From Acidobacteriota bacterium (GTDB lineage Bacteria > Acidobacteriota > UBA6911): a stretch of DNA of 64,000 nucleotides. Shown here in pieces: positions 43,390-52,917 of the stretch. The notes under the pieces were generated by a model. The model was not told the origin of the DNA. It saw nothing but the letters and a program-made list of their open reading frames with translations, and made no database searches. The stretch's first letter is position 1, and each line of letters starts with the position of its first letter. The stretch lies in contig OY761556.1 in the NCBI GenBank assembly GCA_963664705.1, forward strand, positions 4,544,001 to 4,608,000, given 5' to 3'. Position numbers and translations under genes: made by a program.

Positions 43390-43959
43390 ATGGAGGATAG
43401 CGATCCGCTTATCATCAAGGGCATCCGCATCAGCCCTGAAGTGCTGAAAAAAGATTCTATTCAGCCATGCGCAGACTCGCGCTGCGGCGCCAGGTGCTGC
43501 TCAGGAGGTGTGTGGTGCAGAGACGACGAACCGCCGCGCATTCTGGAATGGAAGGATGCCATCAAGGCCCGGATTCCTGCCGAACGGCACGATGAATCCA
43601 TATGGTTTGAACAGGGTGACGGCGAACTGGGCACCAACAGCGTTGACGATCCAGACCGCCCGGGACAAACGTGCTGCGTTTTCCTGCAATCGGACAAGAA
43701 ATGCGCCCTGCAGGTTGTTTCCAACGCAAACAATCTCGGCTGGCCCGGAATAAAGCCGTTTTACTGTTGCGTCTATCCCCTGCTGATCGAGGATGACGTA
43801 TTGATGATCGACGATGAAACGCCGCTCCTCTACGAAGGCGGCCTATGCCGGCAGCCGTGCAGCAACGGACAGGCTCCCTACGAGTTATTTCGCGCCGAGG
43901 CGATCCTGCTTCTCGGTGAAGACGGCTATCGGGAATTGCTGGAAAAAGTTAAAAAGTAA
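43390..43959 (+). CDS. Cys-rich DUF3109-like protein
   Basis: CGARCCSGG, CVFL...CALQ, KPFYC..YP. Confidence 0.75.
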   Translation: MEDSDPLIIKGIRISPEVLKKDSIQPCADSRCGARCCSGGVWCRDDEPPRILEWKDAIKARIPAERHDESIWFEQGDGELGTNSVDDPDRPGQTCCVFLQSDKKCALQVVSNANNLGWPGIKPFYCCVYPLLIEDDVLMIDDETPLLYEGGLCRQPCSNGQAPYELFRAEAILLLGEDGYRELLEKVKK

Positions 43960-43978
43960 CCGATCCTTTGAGCCGCAG

Positions 43979-44016
43979 AAAGAGCAGAGCCGGGAATTTT
44001 CCGGCTCTGCTCTTTT
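43979..44016 (+). terminator. Intrinsic terminator hairpin
   Basis: AAAGAGCAGAGCCGGGA-at-TTTCCGGCTCTGCTCTTTT. Confidence 0.8.
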
Positions 44017-44035
44017 AGGGTATCAAGAGAACCAG

Positions 44036-44908
44036 ATGACAGCAGCACGCATCCTCATTACCGGGATTACGTCCATCCACGGTTGGCCCATCTACCGAAA
44101 ATTCCAGACCGTCATCCCGTCCGACCGGCTATTCGGAATACGCCCCCCCAATATGACGATACCGGACGACCGAAATACATCCTCTCTTTGTGTGACCGAC
44201 GCTGCGGAGCTTGCCCGGATCCGCGATGACTTTCAGCCTACACACGTGCTGCATGCGGCCGGCGTCTGCGATCTCGATGCGTGCGAGGCCAAGCCGCAAT
44301 TCGCCCACAACATCAATGTAAACGGCGCAAGAACCATTGCGTCGGTGTTCTCGGAATCAAGTTACATCATGTATTTGAGCGCCGACCTCGTATTCTCTGG
44401 CAATAACGCCTCGCTGCAGGGATATTCCGAAAACGACAGCCCGGACCCGGTCAGCGTGGTCGGAAAAACCTATATGCTGGCCGAAAAGGAAATTGCAAAT
44501 GCAGCACGCCATGCCATCGTCCGGATCGGCCTTCCCATGGGAGATTCCATTCAGGGAAAAAAAGGCGCAATCGACTTCATTGAAGGAAGACTCAAACGAG
44601 GACTTCCCATGTCTCTTTTTCACGATGAATACAGAAGCTGCATCGGATGCCTCGATCTTGCCGAGGCGATAGTTTCTTTGTTTTTCATGGAAGTCGAGGG
44701 GCTGTTCCACGTTGGCGGCCCGCATCCCGTGAGCCTGTACGAGATCGGCGAACGAATCCTGAGACGTGGCAACTACAGGAAGGAAGCCCTTCGGAAGCTG
44801 TCCCGCAGAGAGGAGCTCAACGGCCCGCCTCGCATCGGCAATGTCCATCTGAATTCACGCAAAGCCGAAAACCTTCTGGGCCGACAATTCAAGCCCTGGA
44901 CCTGCTGA
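44036..44908 (+). CDS. RmlD-like SDR / sugar-nucleotide-binding protein (divergent)
   Basis: ILITG, HAAG...D.CE..P..A..IN, SADLVFSG, Y.E.D.PDP. Confidence 0.75.
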   Translation: MTAARILITGITSIHGWPIYRKFQTVIPSDRLFGIRPPNMTIPDDRNTSSLCVTDAAELARIRDDFQPTHVLHAAGVCDLDACEAKPQFAHNINVNGARTIASVFSESSYIMYLSADLVFSGNNASLQGYSENDSPDPVSVVGKTYMLAEKEIANAARHAIVRIGLPMGDSIQGKKGAIDFIEGRLKRGLPMSLFHDEYRSCIGCLDLAEAIVSLFFMEVEGLFHVGGPHPVSLYEIGERILRRGNYRKEALRKLSRREELNGPPRIGNVHLNSRKAENLLGRQFKPWTC

Positions 44909-45089
44909 CGGCAAATCGCCCGGGCAAAAGCAATGTCCCGAATTTTGCGGATTATCGCGAACGCTTTTTGATGGTCCGTGAAATTAGTGGCATTTTGCAA
45001 GGGGGCTTCGAATCTTTGCGTCTCAGAGGTCCGCGCGGTAAACTCAAATTTTTACGGTCCGCATCTGAATTGAGGAGGAACAGATCCGC

Positions 45090-46430
45090 ATGAAAGTCAT
45101 TCTCTTTCTGGTCCTGATAATCGGGCTGGCGGCGGTCTCTACCGCACTGCCTTCAAAAGGAAAGATCTTTCCTTTTGACTACAAACTGGTAACCCTGCCG
45201 AACGGCTTTAAAGCCTATCTGATTAAAACAGGTTCAGCGGGACAGATCGCTTATGTCACGGTTGTGCGCGCCGGCTCGCGCGAGGAATGGGAACCGGGCA
45301 AGTCCGGATATGCTCATTTCTTCGAGCACATCATGTTCAAAGGAACCGAGAAATATCCCGACTATGACGCGATCACAACCCGCATTGGCGCCGCACGGAA
45401 TGCGTCCACTGGAAACGATGTAACGCAATACTACCTTGTTGCCGCCAGCAATTCACTCGAGCAGATCATAGACGTCGAATCGGACCGGTTCATGAATCTC
45501 CGCTATACGGAGCCGGTGTTCCGCACGGAGGCGGGCGCCATCCTGGGCGAGTTCAGCCAGGGACGGGCAAATCCAAGGCTTTATCTGTATGAAAAGCTGA
45601 TGGACACCGCCTTTGATGTTCACACCTATAAGCATTTGACGATCGGTTTCGAAAAGGACGTCCGGTCAATGCCCGAGGGATATTCATACAGCATCAGTTT
45701 CCACAATCGCTATTACCGGCCTGAGAACTGCGTGCTCCTTCTCGCAGGCGATTTCGATGTGAACCGGGCGGAACAGTTGATCCGGAAATACTACTCCCCC
45801 TGGAAACCGGGCTATGTAAAACCCGAAATCAAGCCTGAACCGCCGCAAACCGCGCCTCGGGAAGCAACGGTGGAATTCCCGGGACGCACCCTTCCGACCG
45901 TGGCGGTCGCCTATAAGGGACCCGCATGGAGTGCAACCGACCGGCTCGCAGTCGCTTCGGAAATCCTCGGACTGGTCGCTTTCGGACCGAATTCGGAAAT
46001 TCACCGGCGCCTGGTTATCCAGGATCAGAAAGCGCAATCTCTCTCGGGCAGTTTCGGCCTGAGCCGGGACCCTGAACTGCTCATGATTAGCGCCACGATC
46101 AACAACGCGGCAGACTTGCCGGCCATCAGGGAGCAAATCAGCAAAACGGTCGAGACCTTCCGCACAACACTCTGCGATGCCAAGCTTCTTGCCGATTCTA
46201 AAAGCGCCATGAAATACAGCTTCCTGATGCAACTGGAAACACCACAGGGAATTGACTTCGCACTCAGGGATTTCGCCGTCTACACCGGCGGAATCGAATC
46301 GGTTGAAGACTATTTCCATACGCTCGAATCAATCACCGCCGAAGATGTCAAGGCTGCAGCCAACAAATTCCTCGTCGAAACCGGCCGGACGACAGTAACA
46401 CTGCTTCCCGCAAAAGGAGGTGCCCAATGA
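45090..46430 (+). CDS. M16 zinc peptidase, catalytic subunit
   Basis: Signal peptide; GYAHFFEH (HxxEH), NAST, YY.P.N. Confidence 0.93.
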   Translation: MKVILFLVLIIGLAAVSTALPSKGKIFPFDYKLVTLPNGFKAYLIKTGSAGQIAYVTVVRAGSREEWEPGKSGYAHFFEHIMFKGTEKYPDYDAITTRIGAARNASTGNDVTQYYLVAASNSLEQIIDVESDRFMNLRYTEPVFRTEAGAILGEFSQGRANPRLYLYEKLMDTAFDVHTYKHLTIGFEKDVRSMPEGYSYSISFHNRYYRPENCVLLLAGDFDVNRAEQLIRKYYSPWKPGYVKPEIKPEPPQTAPREATVEFPGRTLPTVAVAYKGPAWSATDRLAVASEILGLVAFGPNSEIHRRLVIQDQKAQSLSGSFGLSRDPELLMISATINNAADLPAIREQISKTVETFRTTLCDAKLLADSKSAMKYSFLMQLETPQGIDFALRDFAVYTGGIESVEDYFHTLESITAEDVKAAANKFLVETGRTTVTLLPAKGGAQ

Positions 46431-47959
46431 AAACCATCGCACTTTTCATCACCGTTGTCCTCTGCCTGCTCATTGCGGGTTGTGCCAGGATCGGTAAAGG
46501 CGAAACACTGCGCAACACCATTACCCTGAGCGAGCCTGATTCGCCATTCATCGCACTTAACATCTGGATCAAGGCCGGTTCGCAAAATGATCCGAAGGGG
46601 AAGGAGGGGCTGGCAGCCCTTACCGCGGCCTTATTGTCCGAAGGCTCCACGCAACAGGACAGCTATCCGCAGATCCTCTCGAAGCTGTACCCGATCGCCG
46701 CGGAATATGACGGCACCGTCGACAAGGAGATGACGTCCTTCAAAGGCAAAATCCACCGGGACAACCTGGAAACCTACTACACCCTTTTCAAGAACGCGAT
46801 TGTCTCTCCCGGTTTCAGCGAGGAGGATTTCAAGCGCATCAAGACCCAGACCCTGAATTATGTAAAACAGTCCAGGAGATTCTCGAACGACGAGGAACTC
46901 AGCAAAGAACTCCTGTACTGGCAGATCTTCAAAGGCACCGCGTACGAACATCCGGAAGAGGGTTATGTCAAATCGGTCGAGGCGATTACTCTGGATGACG
47001 TGAAGGCGTTCTATACAAAATACTATACGCGGGACAATACCATCGTCGGCATTGCGGGCGGTTATAAAGCCGATTTTGCGGCACGGGTGCGACGGGATTT
47101 TGATGCGCTCCGCGCCGGAAACGTCGAAACAGTCCCAAAGCCGTCGCCCGCTCCAGCCAACGGAATCAAGGTGCTGATCGTCGAAAAGAATGTGGCATCC
47201 ACTCCGGTATCCTTCGGGTTCCCGATAACATTGCATCGATCTGACCCCGATTTTTACGCCATGATGCTGGCAGACTCCTGGCTGGGAGAGCACCGGACAT
47301 CCGTCAGCCATCTGTACCAGGTGATCCGTGAAAAACGGGGAATGAATTATGGGGATTACAGCTATATCGAAGCCTATCCACGGGGATACGCCACCCAGGT
47401 ACCGCCCGTAAATGTCAGCCGACGGTCGCAGATATTTGAAGTGTGGCTGCGGCCAGTAGCCATGACGGCACCCGGAACACTTCACGACCGCGTGCTGTTT
47501 GCCTTTCGCGCTGCCTTGCGTGAAGTGGCCAGCCTCACGGAAAAGGGGCTGACCGCGGAGTCTTTCGAAACCCAGCGTGGGTATTTGAAAAATTATTATG
47601 TAAATTTCGGCAATACCGTCAGCCGACGACTCGCCTATCGGATGGACGACGCCTTCTACGGAATCCCGGACCCCGGATTCCTAGCATCCACACCCAAAGG
47701 GATGGATGCACTAACCCGCGACCAGGTGAATACCACTATTAAAAAGTACCTGCGGTCCAACGGCTTTTGGGCGGTCTTTATTACCAAGGATGCCGAGGCT
47801 TTCAAACAAAAGCTCCTCGCCGGCACGCCGACAAACATCAGCTACGCCGGCAAACAGCCCCAGGAGATTCTGGATGAAGACAAGATAATCGCCTCATGGC
47901 CGATCCCCATCAAAGCCGAAGATATCACTATAATGAACATCAACGATGTATTGGAATAG
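46427..47959 (+). CDS. M16 peptidase partner subunit (lipoprotein, lacks HxxEH)
   Basis: Lipobox IAGC; AGS..DP.GKEGLA; IREKRG.NY; overlaps previous gene (ATGA). Confidence 0.9.
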   Translation: MKTIALFITVVLCLLIAGCARIGKGETLRNTITLSEPDSPFIALNIWIKAGSQNDPKGKEGLAALTAALLSEGSTQQDSYPQILSKLYPIAAEYDGTVDKEMTSFKGKIHRDNLETYYTLFKNAIVSPGFSEEDFKRIKTQTLNYVKQSRRFSNDEELSKELLYWQIFKGTAYEHPEEGYVKSVEAITLDDVKAFYTKYYTRDNTIVGIAGGYKADFAARVRRDFDALRAGNVETVPKPSPAPANGIKVLIVEKNVASTPVSFGFPITLHRSDPDFYAMMLADSWLGEHRTSVSHLYQVIREKRGMNYGDYSYIEAYPRGYATQVPPVNVSRRSQIFEVWLRPVAMTAPGTLHDRVLFAFRAALREVASLTEKGLTAESFETQRGYLKNYYVNFGNTVSRRLAYRMDDAFYGIPDPGFLASTPKGMDALTRDQVNTTIKKYLRSNGFWAVFITKDAEAFKQKLLAGTPTNISYAGKQPQEILDEDKIIASWPIPIKAEDITIMNINDVLE

Positions 47960-48611
47960 CTCCGTTCGCTCCATTGCCCGGCGCGAAGGCTCATCCTGGA
48001 AATGTATGAGCCTTCGCGTCTTCCGGCTTTCGATCCCGCTTCCGCTTGATTCTGAAACTGTCTTCCAAAACAATTAACTATAGTTATCTCCCAACCCTGA
48101 CGAAATCATAAGGTTGTCCCAGGGTTATTCGTTTTGATTTGCCGGCTGCTGAGATCCGGGATTCAAAACTTTTGGAAGGGGATATGGGGAAGCGGCCCGT
48201 TTTCGCAATCAGGGTGCTGGAGAGGATTATTCCACTATCTGGTATTAGTTATTCTTTTGTTTTTTTGGCTTGCATTAGTGAATCTTTAGGACGAAAATAC
48301 TATGCTCTTTTTGGAGCAGCGTCGTACCGATGCAAGGAAGTGGGGCCGGGTCGGTAGACTTCCTGACTTCCGCATGCAGGCTACGATGAGTACAAACAGA
48401 GGAGTTGCATCAGAATTCGCTATGGAATGCCGATCAATAGTAAATGCATCACGCCCGCTCCCAGAGACCATGCCTTCGTTCAGATCGGATGAGGGCTGGG
48501 TGAACCCTCCTGTAGACCCGCGGTCAACACAAGGAGTTCCACCATTTCCCATCCTCTCTGTTTAGTTTTGAGAGAAATGGGGCAAACGCTTTTTATGAGA
48601 GAGAACCGGAC

Positions 48612-50114
48612 ATGCCCAAAACAATAGATATCACTGAACTGATTCTCCGCGATGCGCACCAGAGCGTCATGGCGACGCGCATGTCAATTGATGACATGAT
48701 CCCCGCGTGTGCGGATCTGGACCAGGCAGGATTCTGGTCCCTTGAATGCTGGGGAGGCGCAACCTTCGACTCCTGCATTCGATATTTAAACGAAGATCCG
48801 TGGGAACGCCTGCGCACTTTCCGCAAGCTTTTACCCAACACCCGGCTGCAGATGCTGCTGCGCGGGCAGAACCTGCTGGGCTATCGCCACTACGAAGACA
48901 CGGTCGTGGATCGCTTCGTTGACAAGGCAGCTGCGAATGGAATTGACGTATTCAGGGTATTCGATGCCTTGAACGATCCTCGCAACCTTCAGCGCGCCAT
49001 CGCCGCGGTCAAGCGGACCGGGAAGCATGCACAGGGAGCCATTTCCTACACGGTCAGCCCTCTGCATACGATCAAAGGCTTCGTGGATCTGGCGGAAAGA
49101 CTGGTCGAGATGGGATGCGATTCCATCTGTATCAAGGATATGGCTGCCCTGCTGAAACCTCAGCCCGCCTACGACCTTGTCAAAGCCATCAAAGACACTT
49201 GCGGACAGAACGTGCGGGTACAGGTTCACGTGCATGCCACCACCGGCGTCACCATGGTCAGTCTGATGAAGGCGATCGAAGCGGGCGCGGACGGCGTGGA
49301 TACGGCCATCAGTTCGCTCAGCCTGGGCCCCGGCCACAACCCGACGGAAAGCCTGGTTGAAATGCTGGAAGGAACCGGTTACGAGGCAAAGATCGACAAG
49401 CAGGTGCTGTTGCGCATCAAGAAGTACTTCAACAAGATCCGCCCGCGCTATCAGGAATTCCTGTCAAACGTCACCGGCGTGGAGACAGAGATCTTCGATA
49501 GCCAGATCCCAGGCGGCATGCTTTCCAATATGGAAAGCCAACTGAAGCAGCAGAAGGCGGCGGAACACATGGAAGCCGTGCTGACAGAGGTCCCGAAGGT
49601 TCGCAAAGATTCAGGGTACCCGCCGCTGGTTACGCCATCCAGCCAGATCGTGGGAACGCAAGCTGTCTTTAACATTCTCATGGGGCACTACAAGGTGATG
49701 ACCGGTGAGTTCACCGATCTGATGCTGGGCTACTACGGAGAAACGATTGGCCCGCGTGATCCGGAGGTCATCGAGCTCGCAGCCAAGCAAGCCGGCAAAC
49801 AGGCGATCACCTGCCGACCGGCGGATCTTCTGAAACCGGAATGGCACGAGCTGCGCGAAGCGGCATTGGCGCTTCCGGGCTGCAACGGTTCCGACGAAGA
49901 CGTTCTCACCTACGCGATGTTCCCGCAGGTGGCACCAAAGTTCTTCTCGACTCGCGCCGAAGGTCCCAAGAACCTGGGTAAAGATCCCAATGCACCGGTG
50001 GCGGCACCAGCCGCACCCGTGCAGGAAAACGGCAAGGGCCCGGTTCGAACCACCATAACTTACGATGTGAAGCTCAAAGACAACACGCATCGCGTAACAG
50101 TAACGCCGGCCTAG
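48612..50114 (+). CDS. Methylmalonyl-CoA carboxyltransferase (transcarboxylase) 5S subunit
   Basis: RDAHQS, ECWGGATFDSC, IKDMA, HVHAT, PLVTPSSQIVG; no biotinyl domain. Confidence 0.88.
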   Translation: MPKTIDITELILRDAHQSVMATRMSIDDMIPACADLDQAGFWSLECWGGATFDSCIRYLNEDPWERLRTFRKLLPNTRLQMLLRGQNLLGYRHYEDTVVDRFVDKAAANGIDVFRVFDALNDPRNLQRAIAAVKRTGKHAQGAISYTVSPLHTIKGFVDLAERLVEMGCDSICIKDMAALLKPQPAYDLVKAIKDTCGQNVRVQVHVHATTGVTMVSLMKAIEAGADGVDTAISSLSLGPGHNPTESLVEMLEGTGYEAKIDKQVLLRIKKYFNKIRPRYQEFLSNVTGVETEIFDSQIPGGMLSNMESQLKQQKAAEHMEAVLTEVPKVRKDSGYPPLVTPSSQIVGTQAVFNILMGHYKVMTGEFTDLMLGYYGETIGPRDPEVIELAAKQAGKQAITCRPADLLKPEWHELREAALALPGCNGSDEDVLTYAMFPQVAPKFFSTRAEGPKNLGKDPNAPVAAPAAPVQENGKGPVRTTITYDVKLKDNTHRVTVTPA

Positions 50115-50138
50115 GCCGCCAACGGGAGTCACGCAAAC

Positions 50139-51692
50139 ATGTCCAACGAAACAATGCAGAAGAAAGTTGAAGAATTGCGTAAACGGCGCGCTAAGGCCAT
50201 GCAGGGTGGCGGCGCCGACAAACTGGAGAAGCAGCGCAAGCAGGGGAAGTTGACTGCAAGAGAGCGCATTCAAACTCTTGTGGATCCGAACAGCTTCGAG
50301 GAAAGCGGTCTGTTCGCCGAGCATCGTGCCACGCTTTTCGGCATGGCCGGAAAAAGCTTTCCTGCGGACGGGGTCATCACCGGAGCTGCGTCTGTGGGCG
50401 GCCGTTTGATTCACCTGGCCAGCCAAGATTTCACGGTCTCCGGCGGTTCAGCCGGCGAAGTCCATTCCATCAAAGTAGCCGAAATCATGGAACAGTCGCT
50501 GAAAACCGGTTCGCCCTTTATCTTCATAAATGATTCCGGCGGCGCTCGTGTGCAGGAAGGGATTGATTCCCTTTCCGGATACGGCAAAGTTTTCTATACC
50601 AACGTGATGCTCTCCGGTGCGGTGCCGCAGATTTCGCTGATTTGCGGGCCGTGCGCGGGCGGGGCAGCCTATAGCCCGGCTCTGACAGACTTCATTATCC
50701 AGACCCGCCAGGCACAGATGTTCATCACCGGCCCCAGCGTTATCAAGAGCGTGACGGGCGAAAGTGTCACGCAGGAAGAGTTGGGCGGACCTGATGCCCA
50801 CATGACCAATTCCGGCGTAATTCATTTTATTGCCGAAGATGACAATCACGCCGTAATGCTCTGCCAGAAGCTCCTCAGCTTCCTGCCGCCGAACAATATG
50901 GAAGATCCGCCGCAGGTTGAAGGCGATCAGAACATCGACGCCAACTCCGAGCTGGATACCATCGTTCCGACAGATGGGAAAAAGGGTTATGACGTGCGCG
51001 AAGTCATTCAGCGCGTTGTAGACTTCGGCGATTTCCTTGAGGTGCAGGAAGGTTACGCCAAAAATATGGTAGTCGGCTTTGCCCGCATCGTCGGCCGGAC
51101 AATCGGCATTATCGCGAACCAACCTTGCGCGCAGGCAGGCGTACTTGACATTAACGCCTCCAACAAGGCTTCGCGTTTCATCCGCTTCTGCAACGCCTTT
51201 AATGTACCCCTGGTGACCTTTGTGGATGTTCCAGGCTTCCTGCCCGGAGTACAGCAGGAATACGGCGGGATCATCCGCCACGGCGCCAAGATGCTGTTCG
51301 CATACTCCGCCGCAACGGTGCCCAAGATCACCGTGATCCTGCGCAAGAGCTACGGCGGCGCGTATCTCGCCATGTGCGGCAAGGATTTGGGCGCGGACCG
51401 CGTGTATGCGTGGCCTACCGCCGAGGTCGCGGTCATGGGCGCTGAAGGTGCAGCCGAAATAGTTTTCCGCAAGGAGATCGACGAGGCAAAAGACAAGGCA
51501 GCGAAGCGAAAAGAGCTGATCGAAAAATACCGTGAAGCCTTCTCCAATCCGTACGTAGCAGCCGGACGCCGGCTTGTGGACTCTATCATCGAGCCCTCGA
51601 TGACACGGCAGCACATCGCGCAGGCAATGGAATATCTGCACACCAAACGCGAATTGCGGCCGGCCAAAAAACACGGATTAATTCCGCTATAG
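50139..51692 (+). CDS. Carboxyltransferase, transcarboxylase 12S type
   Basis: DSGGARVQEG, GPCAGGAAYSPA, DVPGFLPG, KKHGLIPL. Confidence 0.92.
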   Translation: MSNETMQKKVEELRKRRAKAMQGGGADKLEKQRKQGKLTARERIQTLVDPNSFEESGLFAEHRATLFGMAGKSFPADGVITGAASVGGRLIHLASQDFTVSGGSAGEVHSIKVAEIMEQSLKTGSPFIFINDSGGARVQEGIDSLSGYGKVFYTNVMLSGAVPQISLICGPCAGGAAYSPALTDFIIQTRQAQMFITGPSVIKSVTGESVTQEELGGPDAHMTNSGVIHFIAEDDNHAVMLCQKLLSFLPPNNMEDPPQVEGDQNIDANSELDTIVPTDGKKGYDVREVIQRVVDFGDFLEVQEGYAKNMVVGFARIVGRTIGIIANQPCAQAGVLDINASNKASRFIRFCNAFNVPLVTFVDVPGFLPGVQQEYGGIIRHGAKMLFAYSAATVPKITVILRKSYGGAYLAMCGKDLGADRVYAWPTAEVAVMGAEGAAEIVFRKEIDEAKDKAAKRKELIEKYREAFSNPYVAAGRRLVDSIIEPSMTRQHIAQAMEYLHTKRELRPAKKHGLIPL

Positions 51693-51704
51693 AGCCGAGG
51701 TGAA

Positions 51705-52055
51705 ATGATGGCAAAGACAACAATGAAGCAACTGGCGGAACTCCTGGAGCAGGTCCAGGCGCAGCTCACCGCGCTTTCCGAACGCGTACAGCAGTTGGAA
51801 TCGGCGGGAGTCGAAGTCCCTGCCGCTCCGGCTGCTCCGGTTGAACAGGCCGCAGCGCCCGTGGTTCAGGAAACGCCGCCGCCGGAACCGGCAAAGCCGG
51901 AAATCACAGAAGAAGAGCTGCTTGCCATATCGGCTGCGCTGGCTGCGTATCTCGGAGTGCGAGTTCACATCCGTCAGATACGCTTGCTCAGCTCGCGGGC
52001 ATGGTCACAACAGGGGCGTGTTTCGATTCAGGCGTCCCATAACGTACACATTTAG
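51705..52055 (+). CDS. Small accessory protein of the transcarboxylase operon
   Basis: Coiled coil, Pro/Ala linker, EEELLAISAALAAYLG...WSQQGR. Confidence 0.75.
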   Translation: MMAKTTMKQLAELLEQVQAQLTALSERVQQLESAGVEVPAAPAAPVEQAAAPVVQETPPPEPAKPEITEEELLAISAALAAYLGVRVHIRQIRLLSSRAWSQQGRVSIQASHNVHI

Positions 52056-52063
52056 GAGTCGCC

Positions 52064-52450
52064 GTGAAACTGAACGTTACGATTGATGGGAAAACATACG
52101 AAGTTGATGTTGAAGCTGTAGAACCGGATGCCCCCGCCCCGCTCATGCGGAATCTGGCCATGGGGCCGCCGCCGGTACGTGTTCCTGCCGCTCCGGCGCC
52201 AAAGGCGCCTGCCGCCGCAGACAAACCGGTCAATGAGGATAAGGTTTGCCGCAGCCCTGTATCCGGTATCGTGATACGCGTTGCGGCCCAGGTAGGTCAA
52301 AGCCTGCAGACCGGCGATGTACTACTGGTCCTGGAAGCGATGAAAATGGAGACGAATATTACGGCCCCCGGCCCCGGCAAGATCGCCGCAATCCCAGTAA
52401 AAGAGGGAGAGAGTGTTCAGTCCGGCCAGGTGGTAGTGGAGTTCGAATGA
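52064..52450 (+). CDS. Biotin carboxyl carrier (transcarboxylase 1.3S)
   Basis: EAMKME biotinylation motif; MKLNVTIDG..YEVDVE N-terminus. Confidence 0.93.
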   Translation: MKLNVTIDGKTYEVDVEAVEPDAPAPLMRNLAMGPPPVRVPAAPAPKAPAAADKPVNEDKVCRSPVSGIVIRVAAQVGQSLQTGDVLLVLEAMKMETNITAPGPGKIAAIPVKEGESVQSGQVVVEFE

Positions 52451-52917
52451 TGACTTCTGAATTACAGCAAATACCCGGATTTCTTTTTTTTGATCATGTG
52501 GCATTTTCGGTAAAGCCCGGCGAACTGGAAGCCCAGGTTCAAGCCTATAAGACTATGGGCTTCAAAGAACTGCATCGCGAAGACGTGCTTGGCACAGACC
52601 AGGTTCGAGAGGTCCTGCTTCGCGTTGGCGACGGCCCCAACCTGGTCCAACTGATTGAGCCCTTGAATGCCGAATCTCCCGTGGCCAAGCAGATCGAGAA
52701 AAATGGCGGCAAGGGCGGGTTTGCTCATGTCGCCCTGCGCGTTGCCAATATTCAAGTGGCCTTCGATCACCTGAAACAGAACGGCTTCAAACTGATCGAC
52801 AAAGCTCCCCGCCCGGGATCCCGTGGAACGATGGTATTCTTCGTCCATCCCAAAACCACGGAAGCAGCCGCATTCGGTTACCTTCTGGAAGTTGTGCAGG
52901 AGGGCTCCCATGCCTGA
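52447..52917 (+). CDS. mce: Methylmalonyl-CoA epimerase
   Basis: DHVAF, HVALRV, FVHPK, LLEVVQ; operon context. Confidence 0.88.
   Translation: MMTSELQQIPGFLFFDHVAFSVKPGELEAQVQAYKTMGFKELHREDVLGTDQVREVLLRVGDGPNLVQLIEPLNAESPVAKQIEKNGGKGGFAHVALRVANIQVAFDHLKQNGFKLIDKAPRPGSRGTMVFFVHPKTTEAAAFGYLLEVVQEGSHA

Noticed and set aside
48310-48611. Cobalamin riboswitch upstream of the mutase operon
   Set aside because: No recognisable GGGAA / GCCACTG / B12-box elements; kept only as an unassigned structured leader.
50448-51674. 408-aa antisense ORF and similar shadow ORFs (12000-12743, 54773-55609, 53379-54308)
   Set aside because: Antisense shadows of well-supported GC-rich genes, with no recognisable motifs.
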